64,000 nt of DNA from Dehalococcoidales bacterium (GTDB taxonomy: Bacteria > Chloroflexota > Dehalococcoidia > Dehalococcoidales > UBA5627). Positions 17,627 through 27,578 of the stretch are shown piece after piece. A program made the position numbers and the translations under genes. The stretch covers positions 428 to 64,427 of the forward strand of contig DAOUFJ010000016.1 of the NCBI GenBank assembly GCA_034429935.1, in the 5' to 3' direction. Below the pieces are notes generated by a model. It worked only from the letters and a program-made list of their open reading frames with translations, made no database searches and had not been told where the DNA came from. Positions within the stretch are counted from its first letter, which is position 1, and every line of letters starts with the position of its first letter.

Positions 17627-19260
17627 AAGCAGCAATTTATTATCGTGTTAGTACTGAAGGGCAAGAACAGGATGGTACAAGCCTGCAAACACAGCTTGAA
17701 GCCTGTCTTAAATATTGCCAAGTTAGAAATTATGAAGTTGTTAAACAATTCAAGGAAGCGTATTCTGGCTTATCTTTAGAACGTCCACAGTTAGATGAAC
17801 TTAGAACATTGATTCGTGAAAGTATAATCGATGTTGTAGTAGTTTACAGTCTTGATAGATTATCTCGTGACCCAGTTCATGGTGTTATATTGATGCAAGA
17901 GATGGAAAAGCATGGTGTTTATCTGGAAGCTGCCACTGAGACAGTTGATAATTCGGAAGTTGGGAAGCTGATATTTTACATAAAAGGTTATGCTGCTAAA
18001 TTAGATGCTGAAAGAAGACGTGATGCTACTGGTCGAGGAAAACAGGCTTTACTTAAAGCTGGGAAGATGCCTCAAGGTACTGGTATAGGTGTATATGGTT
18101 ATGAATGGATAAAAGAATATAAGAAAAGAATTCCAATTGAGAGAGAAGCCAAGATAGTTAAACGGATGTTCGAAATGGTTGCAAGGGGTGATAGCTGTTT
18201 TAAGATTGCTCGAATATTTAATCAGGAAAGCATACCTACTAAATCAGGAAAGAAATGGGAAGCTCGAACTGTAAGTCGAATCGTGAGAAATCCTGCTTAT
18301 ATTGGTATAACATATTTTGGTAAGACTGCTGGGAAAGACAGGAAAGTAGTCCCTCAAAACAGTTGGATTATACTTCCAGATGTAACTCCAGCGATTATTG
18401 ATACGGAATTATTTAATATGGTGCAAGATGTTTTAGCTAAATCGAAAGAACTTCATCCTGGCAGAGCCATGCATGAATATCCTTTAGTTGGTTTAGCTAA
18501 ATGCGCTAAATGCGGAAGTCCATTGATAGGGTCTTTTCAAAAAGGGAAATATCGGTATTACAGATGCAGGGGAACCACTCCGACATCCTCGAAAGATAAG
18601 ATTTGCAATGCAGGTTATATAAATGCGGATATGCTTGAAAATGTCGTTTGGGAAAATGTTAAGAGTGTGCTCAGTAACCCCGAAATATTATTATATGAAA
18701 TGGGAAAACAGATAGAATCGGAAAGCGATAAAGCATCATATGCCATGATTGACAGTGAAATTAAAGAGCTAAACAGGAAATTGAAAAAATATCCTGCACA
18801 GGAAAGGCGTATTATGCAAGCGTTTAAGTTTGGATTCACTGAAGATGTAGTACTAGATGAAATGAACCAGACCAAAAAAGAAAAAGAAGCTGACAAGAAA
18901 AAACTTGATGAATTGATTAAGACTAAAGAAAGCATAATGAACTTGCAGATTTCTAAAGATAATATGAAAGAACTCTGCGCTAAAATAGTTCCTGATTTAG
19001 AGAACTGCGATAATTATACTAAAAAAGATGCCTACACACATCTTGATTTACATATCAAAGCGACACGTGAAGGCATCGATATTAAAGGTCATTTTGAAGC
19101 TATTTTCAGTCCCACTGGACAAACATTGGCATTACAACGTGAATGTAGTTGTCCACTCCCACCGGGCGGAAGACGCCAGGGCTGGAGGGGCTGGTTACTT
19201 CCAGAGCGACCTGAGATTCATGTAAAACATTCAGGATATCCGAAAGATACTTGCTGTTGA
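17623..19260 (+). CDS. Large serine recombinase (integrase); 3' end crosses attR and runs antisense into dnaN
   Basis: MKAAIYYRVSTEGQ catalytic N-terminus, resolvase domain, recombinase domain, zinc-ribbon CAKCGS...YYRC and coiled-coil region; the last ~43 codons are antisense dnaN sequence. Confidence 0.9.
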   Translation: MKAAIYYRVSTEGQEQDGTSLQTQLEACLKYCQVRNYEVVKQFKEAYSGLSLERPQLDELRTLIRESIIDVVVVYSLDRLSRDPVHGVILMQEMEKHGVYLEAATETVDNSEVGKLIFYIKGYAAKLDAERRRDATGRGKQALLKAGKMPQGTGIGVYGYEWIKEYKKRIPIEREAKIVKRMFEMVARGDSCFKIARIFNQESIPTKSGKKWEARTVSRIVRNPAYIGITYFGKTAGKDRKVVPQNSWIILPDVTPAIIDTELFNMVQDVLAKSKELHPGRAMHEYPLVGLAKCAKCGSPLIGSFQKGKYRYYRCRGTTPTSSKDKICNAGYINADMLENVVWENVKSVLSNPEILLYEMGKQIESESDKASYAMIDSEIKELNRKLKKYPAQERRIMQAFKFGFTEDVVLDEMNQTKKEKEADKKKLDELIKTKESIMNLQISKDNMKELCAKIVPDLENCDNYTKKDAYTHLDLHIKATREGIDIKGHFEAIFSPTGQTLALQRECSCPLPPGGRRQGWRGWLLPERPEIHVKHSGYPKDTCC

Positions 19261-20242
19261 AGGCGATTTTGGCTTCTTCGCCCTGAACCAGTGCATCGAT
19301 TTCACCAACATCGTCGCCGATTTCTTCCGAGCGTGCGGCAATAGTCAGCTTCCCCGGTGCTTCCTTGACGCCCGGGTTGATAACCAGCCTGATGATGTTG
19401 CTGCCGTCGCGGGCAAAGATACTTGCCGTCTTGGTGGCTCTTAAAAACTGCGCAATATCGACCACGGCGCGTGTGGTATAGCTCTGCGGAATAAGCTGGG
19501 AATACTGGGGGAATGCTCCCTGTACCAACTGGGAAACAAGCTCGATATCCTTGAGCTTGAACATTATCTGCCCTTTGCTCGTGTTCAACCTGATTTCAAC
19601 CGGCTCTTCCTGCTCCGCTACCATTCTGTTCAGCTCGGCAAGGGTTTTTGCCGGGATTATGGCGGTTGTTTTTTTTGCGACGGGTGTCGCCAGCGGCATA
19701 TTGTAAACTGCCAGCCTGAAACCATCGGCGGCTGCCAGTGTTAAGGTATTGCCTTCGAAATTGGCGTTGATGCCCGTCAGCACCGGTCTGGATTCATCGG
19801 CAGCTGCGGCAAAAACAACCTTTTCGATGCCTTTTTGCAGCGCTTCCGCTTCGACGCTGGTGATAATTCCGTCTTCGACGTTGGGTATCGGGGGGAAGTC
19901 CTTGGCATCCACTCCGCTGATTCTTGCCTCGAAACGCGCACATTTCAATTGCAATGTTCTCGTGCGCGGCGAAAGGCTGATATTGATTTTATCGCTGGGC
20001 AGCGATGCTACGAATTCATTCAGCAATTTGGCAGGAACGGTAATCGCTCCTTCGGCTTCGACTTTGGCGCCGAGCCAGTATGTAATCGCCATTTCAAGGT
20101 TGGTGGCCACCAGCTTCAAGCGCCCTTCGTCTGTCGCTAAAAGTACGTTGTTGGTTATGGGAAGGGTAGTCCTGGTAGCAGCGGCCCTGCCGACGTATAT
20201 CAATCCGCGGTTAAGGTTTTCCTGAAGACAGGATAATTTCAT
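19106..20242 (-). CDS. dnaN: DNA polymerase III beta sliding clamp
   Basis: 378 aa; three-domain clamp, typical MKLSCLQENL N-terminus and ..VVMPM.. C-terminus; the last 8 codons are supplied by the element side of attR. Confidence 0.95.
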   Translation of the reverse strand: MKLSCLQENLNRGLIYVGRAAATRTTLPITNNVLLATDEGRLKLVATNLEMAITYWLGAKVEAEGAITVPAKLLNEFVASLPSDKINISLSPRTRTLQLKCARFEARISGVDAKDFPPIPNVEDGIITSVEAEALQKGIEKVVFAAAADESRPVLTGINANFEGNTLTLAAADGFRLAVYNMPLATPVAKKTTAIIPAKTLAELNRMVAEQEEPVEIRLNTSKGQIMFKLKDIELVSQLVQGAFPQYSQLIPQSYTTRAVVDIAQFLRATKTASIFARDGSNIIRLVINPGVKEAPGKLTIAARSEEIGDDVGEIDALVQGEEAKIAFNSKYLSDILNVLHESQVALEVTSPSSPGVFRPVGVDNYIHVVMPMFVQWD

Positions 20243-20318
20243 GTTGCACCCCCGATATTTTGTAGTGTGGTGTAGTATATAACAAAAAAGAGCAGTTTAA
20301 CAAGTAATTTCAGGTGTT

Positions 20319-20924
20319 TTAAAGAATATTTAACATATTATTTAGTACCGGTATGGCGTTTCTGGCAGCAATACCGCGGTGGCTGAGTCCGTTCTTCATA
20401 TCTTTGGGAATTTCCGCCATTGTCTTTCCCATTTGCGGCAGGAAGAAAACAGGGTCGTATCCGAATCCGTTTTCACCCCTCGGTGCAAAAGTAATGATGC
20501 CCTGGCATTCCCCCGAACACAGTTCGGTATGCCAGTCTTGCGGCGTCGTTATAGCGATAACACTGCGAAATCTGGCCTGTCTTTTCCCCTCCGGGATGTC
20601 TTTCATTTGAGAGAGCAGGAAATTGACCCGGTCGCTGTCCGTTGCGTTTTCGCCGGCGTATCGTGCGGAAAAAACACCGGGTTTACCCCCCAATGCCTCC
20701 ACCTCCAGCCCGGAATCGTCTGCCAGTGTCAACAGTCCGCTGGCTTTAGCGAAGGCGACGGATTTTAGCGAGGCGTTTTCTTCGAAAGTGGAGCCAGTTT
20801 CTTCAACACTTAAATCGATGCCGATATCGGAGGGGGAAACAATAACACAGGGCAAGCCTGCGAATATGAGCCTTAGCTCTGAAAGCTTGCCCCGGTTATT
20901 AGTCGCAATTAGAAGCCTGGACAT
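20319..20924 (-). CDS. rdgB: Non-canonical purine NTP pyrophosphatase (RdgB/HAM1)
   Basis: 201 aa; ATNNRGKLSE and FGYDPVF motifs. Confidence 0.9.
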   Translation of the reverse strand: MSRLLIATNNRGKLSELRLIFAGLPCVIVSPSDIGIDLSVEETGSTFEENASLKSVAFAKASGLLTLADDSGLEVEALGGKPGVFSARYAGENATDSDRVNFLLSQMKDIPEGKRQARFRSVIAITTPQDWHTELCSGECQGIITFAPRGENGFGYDPVFFLPQMGKTMAEIPKDMKNGLSHRGIAARNAIPVLNNMLNIL

Positions 20925-22025
20925 TTAGTCCTCTATCGTCGAAAACCTGTCCTTGAGTTTGTCCATTACCTGCGGCATGGTGGTGTATTCCATCTCTTCC
21001 AGCGGTAAACGGTGCGGTTCGAAAGGACCGTGGCGGCGCATATATTCGGCGGCCTTGTTTGCCTGACTGCGGGCATCATCGAAGGATACATCATCGAACA
21101 TATCGCGCGGCCCGACCAGCATACCTTCGGCAAGCTGGAAACCCAGAGCGGTTACCCTGGGCGGCCCGTCGAAGCGGGTGGGTTTGCTATCGGCAACCGA
21201 TACCGGCATCAGCGGCCCGTAATGCGAACCGCGCATCCAGCCTACTACAAGTGCAGGAAGAGTGAACGGCTCCAGCACTTCGCCGACTGCAGGGAAGGAA
21301 CCCTGGCAGCGCACGATGCAAACCGGGTCGTCTTTGCCGACATAACGTCCGGCTATATATGAAAGTTTTTGGGTCGAAGACACAGCGGCTATTTCGCCGG
21401 TATCTCTGCTGTACACCGATTTAACTGCATAGCGTGAAGGAGCACCGATGAAAACCAGTAAATCGTAGATTTCTTCAGGGGTGTTGAAGTTTATTTTCTT
21501 GCACTCTTTAACGTCATGAACTTCGAAAGTGAATCCCTTGTGCATATTCGGGGCGATAACCAAACCGATGGTATTGAAAGGGTCGGCGAACATCTTGTAT
21601 AAAGGCATATTCCATGACCCTGAAGATGTCTTATCTGCCATGAAAACAACTACGGGTTCGGAAGTACGTTCGTCAATCTCCATTTCGGCAACTCCGGGGC
21701 CCATGCCTTTGACATTACCGGAAAAAGCGTCGGAGAGAAGGTCCTGTCCGGCGCCGTAAAGCTTCAACTTCTTGGCGATTTCGGTTCCCTTAATGAATGT
21801 ATCCCAGGCCATTTTGTGAATTTTTTCGTTACCGACACCCAGCTTGTGGGTCATTATAAGCTGCAGGTCGTCGCCGCACTTGGTTACATAATAATCGATA
21901 AGCAGTCCGTCTGCCCTGGCCTTTTTCAGGCTTTCATTTGCCGATTCGAGTATCGCGGGATGCGAATCGGAATGGCCTACGAATCCGCCTATATCCGCTT
22001 TTATAACGCTTAATGTTAATTTCAT
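20925..22025 (-). CDS. fbp: Bifunctional fructose-1,6-bisphosphate aldolase/phosphatase (class V FBPase)
   Basis: 366 aa; MKLTLSVIKADIGG... N-terminus and length typical of the archaeal-type FBPA/P. Confidence 0.9.
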   Translation of the reverse strand: MKLTLSVIKADIGGFVGHSDSHPAILESANESLKKARADGLLIDYYVTKCGDDLQLIMTHKLGVGNEKIHKMAWDTFIKGTEIAKKLKLYGAGQDLLSDAFSGNVKGMGPGVAEMEIDERTSEPVVVFMADKTSSGSWNMPLYKMFADPFNTIGLVIAPNMHKGFTFEVHDVKECKKINFNTPEEIYDLLVFIGAPSRYAVKSVYSRDTGEIAAVSSTQKLSYIAGRYVGKDDPVCIVRCQGSFPAVGEVLEPFTLPALVVGWMRGSHYGPLMPVSVADSKPTRFDGPPRVTALGFQLAEGMLVGPRDMFDDVSFDDARSQANKAAEYMRRHGPFEPHRLPLEEMEYTTMPQVMDKLKDRFSTIED

Positions 22026-22068
22026 GATGTCCTCCCAAAAAACTTATATAATTAAATACTAAAACCGT

Positions 22069-22608
22069 TTAATAATCAATGCCCCTGCGTGCCTGTATTC
22101 CGTTTTCGTAGGGGTGTTTTATCGCCAGCATTTCCGTTACCATGTCGGCTGCCTGTATAAGCCTGGCATCGGCATTCCTGCCTGTAAGTATGAGTTCTAC
22201 ATTGCCCGGCTTATCTTTTATAAGGTCGAGAACTGTATCTATCGAGATAAGTCCGAAGTCGACAGCCGGGTTAATCTCATCCAGTATGATGATGTCGTAT
22301 TTACCACTGAGCATGGCTTCCCTGGCGGCGTTAAGCCCGGTGTTCGCCTGTTCTATGTCTTCGGGGCGGATGTTATTTTTATCCACCCAGCCTTCGCGTC
22401 CGAAGCTTTTCAACGTGACGTTGGGGAATGAAGAAAGGGATTTCTTCTCCCCGTGTATATAATTATCGGCCTTCATAAAAAAGGCTATAAATATTCTTAA
22501 ACCGTGTCCTGCCGCCCTGGTAGCGATTCCTGTAGCGGCGGATGTTTTACCTTTACCGTCGCCGGTAAAGACGGAGACCAACCCCTGTTCCAGTTTTTCT
22601 GGCGACAT
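22069..22608 (-). CDS. cobO: Cob(I)yrinic acid a,c-diamide adenosyltransferase (CobA/CobO/BtuR)
   Basis: 179 aa; GDGKGKTSAA P-loop, ILDE and HPY blocks. Confidence 0.85.
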   Translation of the reverse strand: MSPEKLEQGLVSVFTGDGKGKTSAATGIATRAAGHGLRIFIAFFMKADNYIHGEKKSLSSFPNVTLKSFGREGWVDKNNIRPEDIEQANTGLNAAREAMLSGKYDIIILDEINPAVDFGLISIDTVLDLIKDKPGNVELILTGRNADARLIQAADMVTEMLAIKHPYENGIQARRGIDY

Positions 22609-22805
22609 TCTACTCCTGTCGAAAAATAATGGTAGCTGTCACCCAAGCGATGCAGCATAACAGTTTATCAATCACAGTCAAGCTGTGTCAAGGAAAATAG
22701 TACTGTATAAAGCTTTGTATTTATCGTAAAATCCACGATGTTATCTGAAAAAATATTTACAAACGGGTTTGCATTGAGTGAGTGATTGGATTACAATACT
22801 TTTTT

Positions 22806-23570
22806 ATGAGATACGTACGTTTTGCAGTTGATGGAAAAAAAGAATACGGTGTATTGAACGACCATACAGTTCAAAAATACGAGGGGAAACCCTTCAAATA
22901 CCTCGAACCGACGCAGGAGTTCTATCCGCTGGAGCAGGTAAAGCTTCTGGCTCCCTGCGAGCCATCCAAGATTATCGCTATGGGCTTGAACTATCACTCG
23001 CATGCCAGGGAGATGGATATGCCCCTCCCCAATTCCCCCCTCACTTTTTTGAAACCGTCCACGGCGGTTATCGGCCCTGAAGAGAATATTGTCTATCCGT
23101 CTGATTCAACGAGGGTGGATTACGAGGGCGAAGTGGCGGTGGTAATCAAGAAGGCCGGCTGGCGTATATCCAAAGACGCTGCCATGGATTATGTGCTTGG
23201 CTATGCCTGTTTCAACGACGTTACCGCCAGGGATTTGCAGAAAACCGATGTCCAGTGGACGAGAGCCAAGGGATTCGATACCTTCGCCGCCATCGGGCCG
23301 TGGATAGAAACCGACCTCGACCATGCCGATATCAACATCGAAACCTATCTGAACGGCAAGTTGAAGCAGAAGGGGAATACCAGCGACCTTATCTATACCG
23401 TTCCCGAAATCATCAATTTCATATCTAACGTGATGACGCTGCTGCCGGGCGATATCATCGCTACGGGCACTCCGAGCGGCATCGGGCCGATGTATCCGGG
23501 TGACGTGGTGGAAATCAGGATAGATTCCGTCGGCACACTGAAAAATACTGTGGTTAAAAACGGCTGCTAG
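22806..23570 (+). CDS. Fumarylacetoacetate hydrolase family protein
   Basis: MRYVRF..., DYEGEVAVVI, ...GTPSGIGP FAH-family blocks; start moved to ATG 22806. Confidence 0.85.
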   Translation: MRYVRFAVDGKKEYGVLNDHTVQKYEGKPFKYLEPTQEFYPLEQVKLLAPCEPSKIIAMGLNYHSHAREMDMPLPNSPLTFLKPSTAVIGPEENIVYPSDSTRVDYEGEVAVVIKKAGWRISKDAAMDYVLGYACFNDVTARDLQKTDVQWTRAKGFDTFAAIGPWIETDLDHADINIETYLNGKLKQKGNTSDLIYTVPEIINFISNVMTLLPGDIIATGTPSGIGPMYPGDVVEIRIDSVGTLKNTVVKNGC

Positions 23571-23593
23571 TATTATAAAATAGTATTCAATGC

Positions 23594-23630
23594 AAAAAGG
23601 AGACCGGTTATCCGGTCTCCTTCCGTTTGT
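23594..23630. terminator. Bidirectional terminator between the FAH gene and glnA
   Basis: 9-bp perfect stem GGAGACCGG/CCGGTCTCC flanked by an A-run and a T-rich tract. Confidence 0.7.
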
Positions 23631-23654
23631 CTGTATAATTTTTGATTCGTCTTT

Positions 23655-25085
23655 TTAAATATCGTAGTAGAGGTAGAACTCGTAGGGATGGGGACGCAGG
23701 GCGATGGCTTCGCATTCGTTCTTTCTCTTGTAGCTGACCCATGTATCGATGAGGTCGGGAGTGAAAACGCTGCCTTCCAGCAGGAAGTCATGGTCTTTCT
23801 CAAGAGCGTCGAGAACCTCCAGCAGCGAACCCGGAGTCGATTTGATTTTGGCTTTTTCTTCGGGACAGAGGTCGTAAATATCTTTATCCAGCGGCTGACC
23901 AGGGTCGATTTTATTCTTGATACCGTCGAGACCGGCCATCAGCATAGCCGAGAAAGCCAGGTAGGGGTTGCAGCTTGCATCCGGACAGCGGTACTCGAGC
24001 CTCTTGGCCTTGGCGCTAGTGGAATACAGCGGGATGCGGACGCTGGCGCTGCGGTTGCGCTGTGAATAGACCAGGTTGATGGGGGCTTCGTAGCCGGGAA
24101 CTAGTCTCCTGTAAGAGTTGGTGGTCGGGGCGCAGAAAGCCAAAAGTGCCGGCGAATGTGCCAGCAGACCGCCGATATAATATTTGGCGGTATCGCTGAG
24201 CATGGCATAGCCTTTGGCATCGAAAAATTGATTGGTACCATTCTTCCAGAGACTCTGGTGAACGTGCATACCGGAGCCGTTATCCTGGAAAAGTGGCTTG
24301 GGCATGAAGGTCACCGTGTAACCGTTCTGTATGGCGACGTTTTTGGCGATGTATTTATAAAGCAGGACGTTATCCGCCATCTGCGTCAGTGTATCGAAAC
24401 GCATGTCGAACTCTGCCTGTCCGGCGGTAGCCACTTCGTGGTGATGCTTCTCTATTGTCAGTCCGCCTTCCATCATCTTGAGGGCGATCTTGGTGCGGAT
24501 ATCGTGCATCTGGTCGGTCGGGGGAACGGGGAAATACCCTTCCTTGTGGCGCGGGCGGTAACCCAGGTTTTTGCCTTCGCCGTTGCCGGAGTTCCAGATA
24601 CCTTCGTTCGAATCGATGGAATAATAGCCGATATGGCTGTTTTGTTCGAAACGGACGCTGTTGAAGATGAAGAATTCCAGTTCCGGCCCCCAGTAGCTGG
24701 TATCCGCGATGCCGGTCGATTTGAGATATGCCTCGGCTTTTCGAGCGACATTGCGCGGGTCGCGGCTGTACTTCTCGCCGGTTATCGGGTCGCGCACATC
24801 GCAGATAAGGCTCAACGTCGGTACTTCCAATGTCGGGTCGACCATGGCGGTGGTGGGGTCGGGGAAAAGAAGCATATCGCTTTCGTGGATATGCTGAAAA
24901 CCCCTTATGGATGAGCCGTCGAAACCGTTGCCGTCCTCGAACAGGGATTCGTTCAGCTCGGCAATCGGCAGTGTATAGTGCTGCCAGATGCCGGGAAGGT
25001 CGATGAACTTGAGGTCTACGAACTGGCACCCCTTTTCCTTTGCAAATTTGATTACTTCACTTGCGTTGCTTGTTCCGGTAGTCAT
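23655..25085 (-). CDS. glnA: Glutamine synthetase type I
   Basis: ~476 aa; [11 protein letters not shown] beta-grasp, [22 protein letters not shown] motifs; the start is probably ATG 25085 (track 25097 is TTG abutting the RBS). Confidence 0.95.
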   Translation of the reverse strand: MTTGTSNASEVIKFAKEKGCQFVDLKFIDLPGIWQHYTLPIAELNESLFEDGNGFDGSSIRGFQHIHESDMLLFPDPTTAMVDPTLEVPTLSLICDVRDPITGEKYSRDPRNVARKAEAYLKSTGIADTSYWGPELEFFIFNSVRFEQNSHIGYYSIDSNEGIWNSGNGEGKNLGYRPRHKEGYFPVPPTDQMHDIRTKIALKMMEGGLTIEKHHHEVATAGQAEFDMRFDTLTQMADNVLLYKYIAKNVAIQNGYTVTFMPKPLFQDNGSGMHVHQSLWKNGTNQFFDAKGYAMLSDTAKYYIGGLLAHSPALLAFCAPTTNSYRRLVPGYEAPINLVYSQRNRSASVRIPLYSTSAKAKRLEYRCPDASCNPYLAFSAMLMAGLDGIKNKIDPGQPLDKDIYDLCPEEKAKIKSTPGSLLEVLDALEKDHDFLLEGSVFTPDLIDTWVSYKRKNECEAIALRPHPYEFYLYYDI

Positions 25086-25274
25086 AAAACGATACAATCC
25101 TCCTTCGATTGCCTTAAAACATAATTCCTTACAATATATAATTTATTTGTTTCAAAAATATTACGAAACGGCAAAAATTCCGGGTGTTTTTTAAATGCAG
25201 CGATTGGCTGAGAAATGCAAAAACCGTTCGTATACGGCATCGAAGGATGGAAAACGCGGAATAAACAAGGGGGA

Positions 25275-25649
25275 TTATCTGGTGTTCGTTTTGAAGAATT
25301 CCTCTATATCGGGGCGCAGCAGATAAACGATTATCAATATGCCGACCACAGTCCCCACCGGCGGGGCGAAGACACTGAGTGCGCCGTGCACGATGCCCAT
25401 GATTCGTCCCCATTCCCTGTTTTGAATTATGCCTGCGGCGGCGGTTATGGCGATTATGATATAGGTGATTAATATCAGAACGCCGATGCTCAGGGCGAAG
25501 AAGGCCGCCGGAATGGCGGAACCATACATCGAGATGGCAGAATCGGGGAAGGCGATAACAGCGACTGCGACCAGGCCGATTAATGCAATAAAAGCGGATA
25601 AAAACTCCCAGACGACCACTAAAATCAGCAAATCCGGCTTCTTCGTCAT
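25275..25649 (-). CDS. Small polytopic membrane protein
   Basis: 124 aa with 4 predicted hydrophobic helices. Confidence 0.55.
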   Translation of the reverse strand: MTKKPDLLILVVVWEFLSAFIALIGLVAVAVIAFPDSAISMYGSAIPAAFFALSIGVLILITYIIIAITAAAGIIQNREWGRIMGIVHGALSVFAPPVGTVVGILIIVYLLRPDIEEFFKTNTR

Positions 25650-25786
25650 TTGTTTAGTTGTTCTCCTTGTGTTTATCTATTCTAGGGTTGAGGCAGAGAG
25701 ATGTCAATAGCTTGTCAGAGTCCATAACATATTGCTATCCAGCTTTATAAAAAGGAAACAAATATATTTTAATCATGCAGCATATC

Positions 25787-25824
25787 AAAAAAACGCCTTG
25801 ATAGTACTATAGTAGTATCAAGGC
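25787..25824 (-). terminator. Rho-independent terminator
   Basis: 9-bp stem GCCTTGATA/TATCAAGGC; the minus strand is followed by TTTTTTT. Confidence 0.65.
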
Positions 25825-25911
25825 AATCGCTCATTATTCGAAATGGTTAACCGCATATAATAGACAGCAGTGACATGGCTGCCCCCACTCTTTCTTGAAG
25901 ACAACCGGATG

Positions 25912-26847
25912 TCATTCGACAAGGTCGCCAACATTAACCTCGTGAGTTTTCAGAATATCACCTTCGACAGGGTTGAATAATACCTTGAATTGACGGGTGC
26001 TATCCGGCTGCATATCTCTCAAAAGGATAACCCGTGTGCCTATATTTTCTTTATCCTGGTTGAAGAAAGTAACTATTACAGCCGCATCGGTTTTATCAGA
26101 GGCAATGTTCTTGCAGACAATGGTCACTTCCCTGCCCTTGCCGACTGCCTTGATATCGTTTTTGATTATCTGGACTTTTTCAAAATCTGCAGTTACCGCA
26201 CGAATCGTTTTAATACTGTAACTCCTTATCTTAAGCGCATCTGGAGTTGAAGGTTTAATCGTAATACCACGGCTGTTACCCGGACGCAGGTTAGTTTCCT
26301 TGTGTTTCGTAACATTTACGGTATTCCCTTCGCTGTCATAAAAAGCGGATTCCAGTATCAGCGTGGAAATAGTCTTTTCCGAAATATTCCTGACGGCGCA
26401 TTCGAGCCCTTCGAACATCACATTGTCCATAAATTTCAGATTGTGTTTCACGATTGAAACCATACCGTTGCCGGATGCAACGGGGTCTGGGGCAACCGAT
26501 ATTTTGCCGATTTTTACGTTATAGTTTTCTACAGGGTTGTTTTTATCTTCCCTGTAGCTCAAGCGAACCAGACGGCTGCTGTTCGGAGTGATATCCGATA
26601 TCTTCTGCTCGACTTCATCAATTAACTTACCGTCTTTATCGAAAAAAACGGCTTCGAATACTACACCGCCTATCAATTTATCGAGTACATTCTTGACATT
26701 CAGCTCTATGACTATCCTGCTGCCGCCGCTTTCTTTATCATCTTCCCTGAATACATTATGCCCCAGAACGGCTATTTTGTTTTCTTCCGCTTCCTTCTTC
26801 TCCGTGTTTTTCCCGGACATTGTGTCTGTTTTGACAGTGTCTTCCAT
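25912..26847 (-). CDS. Protein with three tandem ~90-aa FxLYD-like beta domains
   Basis: 311 aa; three internal repeats each ending in F(F/Y)(D/N)xxG motifs (AVFFDKDGK, SAFYDSEGN, VTFFNQDKEN); no signal peptide. Confidence 0.6.
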   Translation of the reverse strand: MEDTVKTDTMSGKNTEKKEAEENKIAVLGHNVFREDDKESGGSRIVIELNVKNVLDKLIGGVVFEAVFFDKDGKLIDEVEQKISDITPNSSRLVRLSYREDKNNPVENYNVKIGKISVAPDPVASGNGMVSIVKHNLKFMDNVMFEGLECAVRNISEKTISTLILESAFYDSEGNTVNVTKHKETNLRPGNSRGITIKPSTPDALKIRSYSIKTIRAVTADFEKVQIIKNDIKAVGKGREVTIVCKNIASDKTDAAVIVTFFNQDKENIGTRVILLRDMQPDSTRQFKVLFNPVEGDILKTHEVNVGDLVE

Positions 26848-26924
26848 TTTTTCCTTCTCCTGTTCGCCTGAGGATTATATTTTTTGTGGAATTGTCCAGT
26901 AAATCGATTATGGACTCTAATGCT

Positions 26925-26963
26925 CTAATAAACAGAAGCCCTGCCGTAAATACGGCAGGGCTT
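26925..26963 (-). terminator. Rho-independent terminator after bfr
   Basis: 11-bp perfect stem AAGCCCTGCCG/CGGCAGGGCTT, 6-nt loop; the minus strand is followed by CTGTTTATT. Confidence 0.65.
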
Positions 26964-26974
26964 GAATCGAAAAC

Positions 26975-27442
26975 CTATTTGATTTGGGTCGAAAGGAATA
27001 TCTGCACACCCAGTTGTGTGATTTCATCCTGTACTTCCTCGATATTGTCCATATGACGGTCTTCATCCTGAAGAATATTCTGAAGAAGTTCCCTGGTGGC
27101 ATAATCTTTAGCCTCAGCGCAAACCACAATCCCATTGTTGTATCCCTTGATAGCAACATCTTCAGAAGCATGGTCATTCAAGAACATGACAGGTACATCA
27201 GCGCCGATTTCAATTTTTCTGAGATTGCTGACAACTGGAATCCCCTCGAGAAACAGAATACGCCCGATAAGTTTTTCCGCATGCTTCATCTCTTCGATAG
27301 CACGCTTCTGGATAACATCGCCGAGTTTATCGTATCCCCAGTTTTCACACATTTCGGCATGCACCATGTACTGGTTGACCGCTGTAAGCTCATCTGCCAA
27401 CAATGAGTTCAGAACCTCGATTACCTTTGTCGAACCTTTCAT
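26975..27442 (-). CDS. bfr: Bacterioferritin
   Basis: MKGSTKVIEVLNSLLADELTAVNQYMVHAEM..EEMKHAEKL ferroxidase-centre pattern. Confidence 0.85.
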   Translation of the reverse strand: MKGSTKVIEVLNSLLADELTAVNQYMVHAEMCENWGYDKLGDVIQKRAIEEMKHAEKLIGRILFLEGIPVVSNLRKIEIGADVPVMFLNDHASEDVAIKGYNNGIVVCAEAKDYATRELLQNILQDEDRHMDNIEEVQDEITQLGVQIFLSTQIK

Positions 27443-27578
27443 TTTACCGACATCCCTCCTTTTCAACACAAGAATCACCCTTCGATGATTCTTAACTATT
27501 ATATATTGATAGTATACTACTTTTTGCCCTGTTTTTGATGATATACTTGATAAAAATATTTATATAGGAGAAGTTTAT

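Larger units (their letters stand above)
14044..19132 (+). mobile_element. ~5.1-kb integrative (mobilisable?) element inserted in the dnaN 3' end
   Basis: Bounded by the att repeats; AT-rich; encodes a Rep_trans-type initiator/relaxase, a zinc-ribbon micro-ORF and a large serine recombinase abutting attR. Confidence 0.75.

Noticed and set aside
19106-20318. Replication origin next to dnaN
   Set aside because: There is no dnaA in the window, and I saw no cluster of TTATCCACA-like boxes in the 76-nt dnaN upstream gap or nearby.
24156-25029. 252-aa (+) and 219-aa (-) alternative-frame ORFs within glnA
   Set aside because: They overlap a complete glutamine synthetase. Their Arg/Pro-rich translations are typical of off-frame reading.
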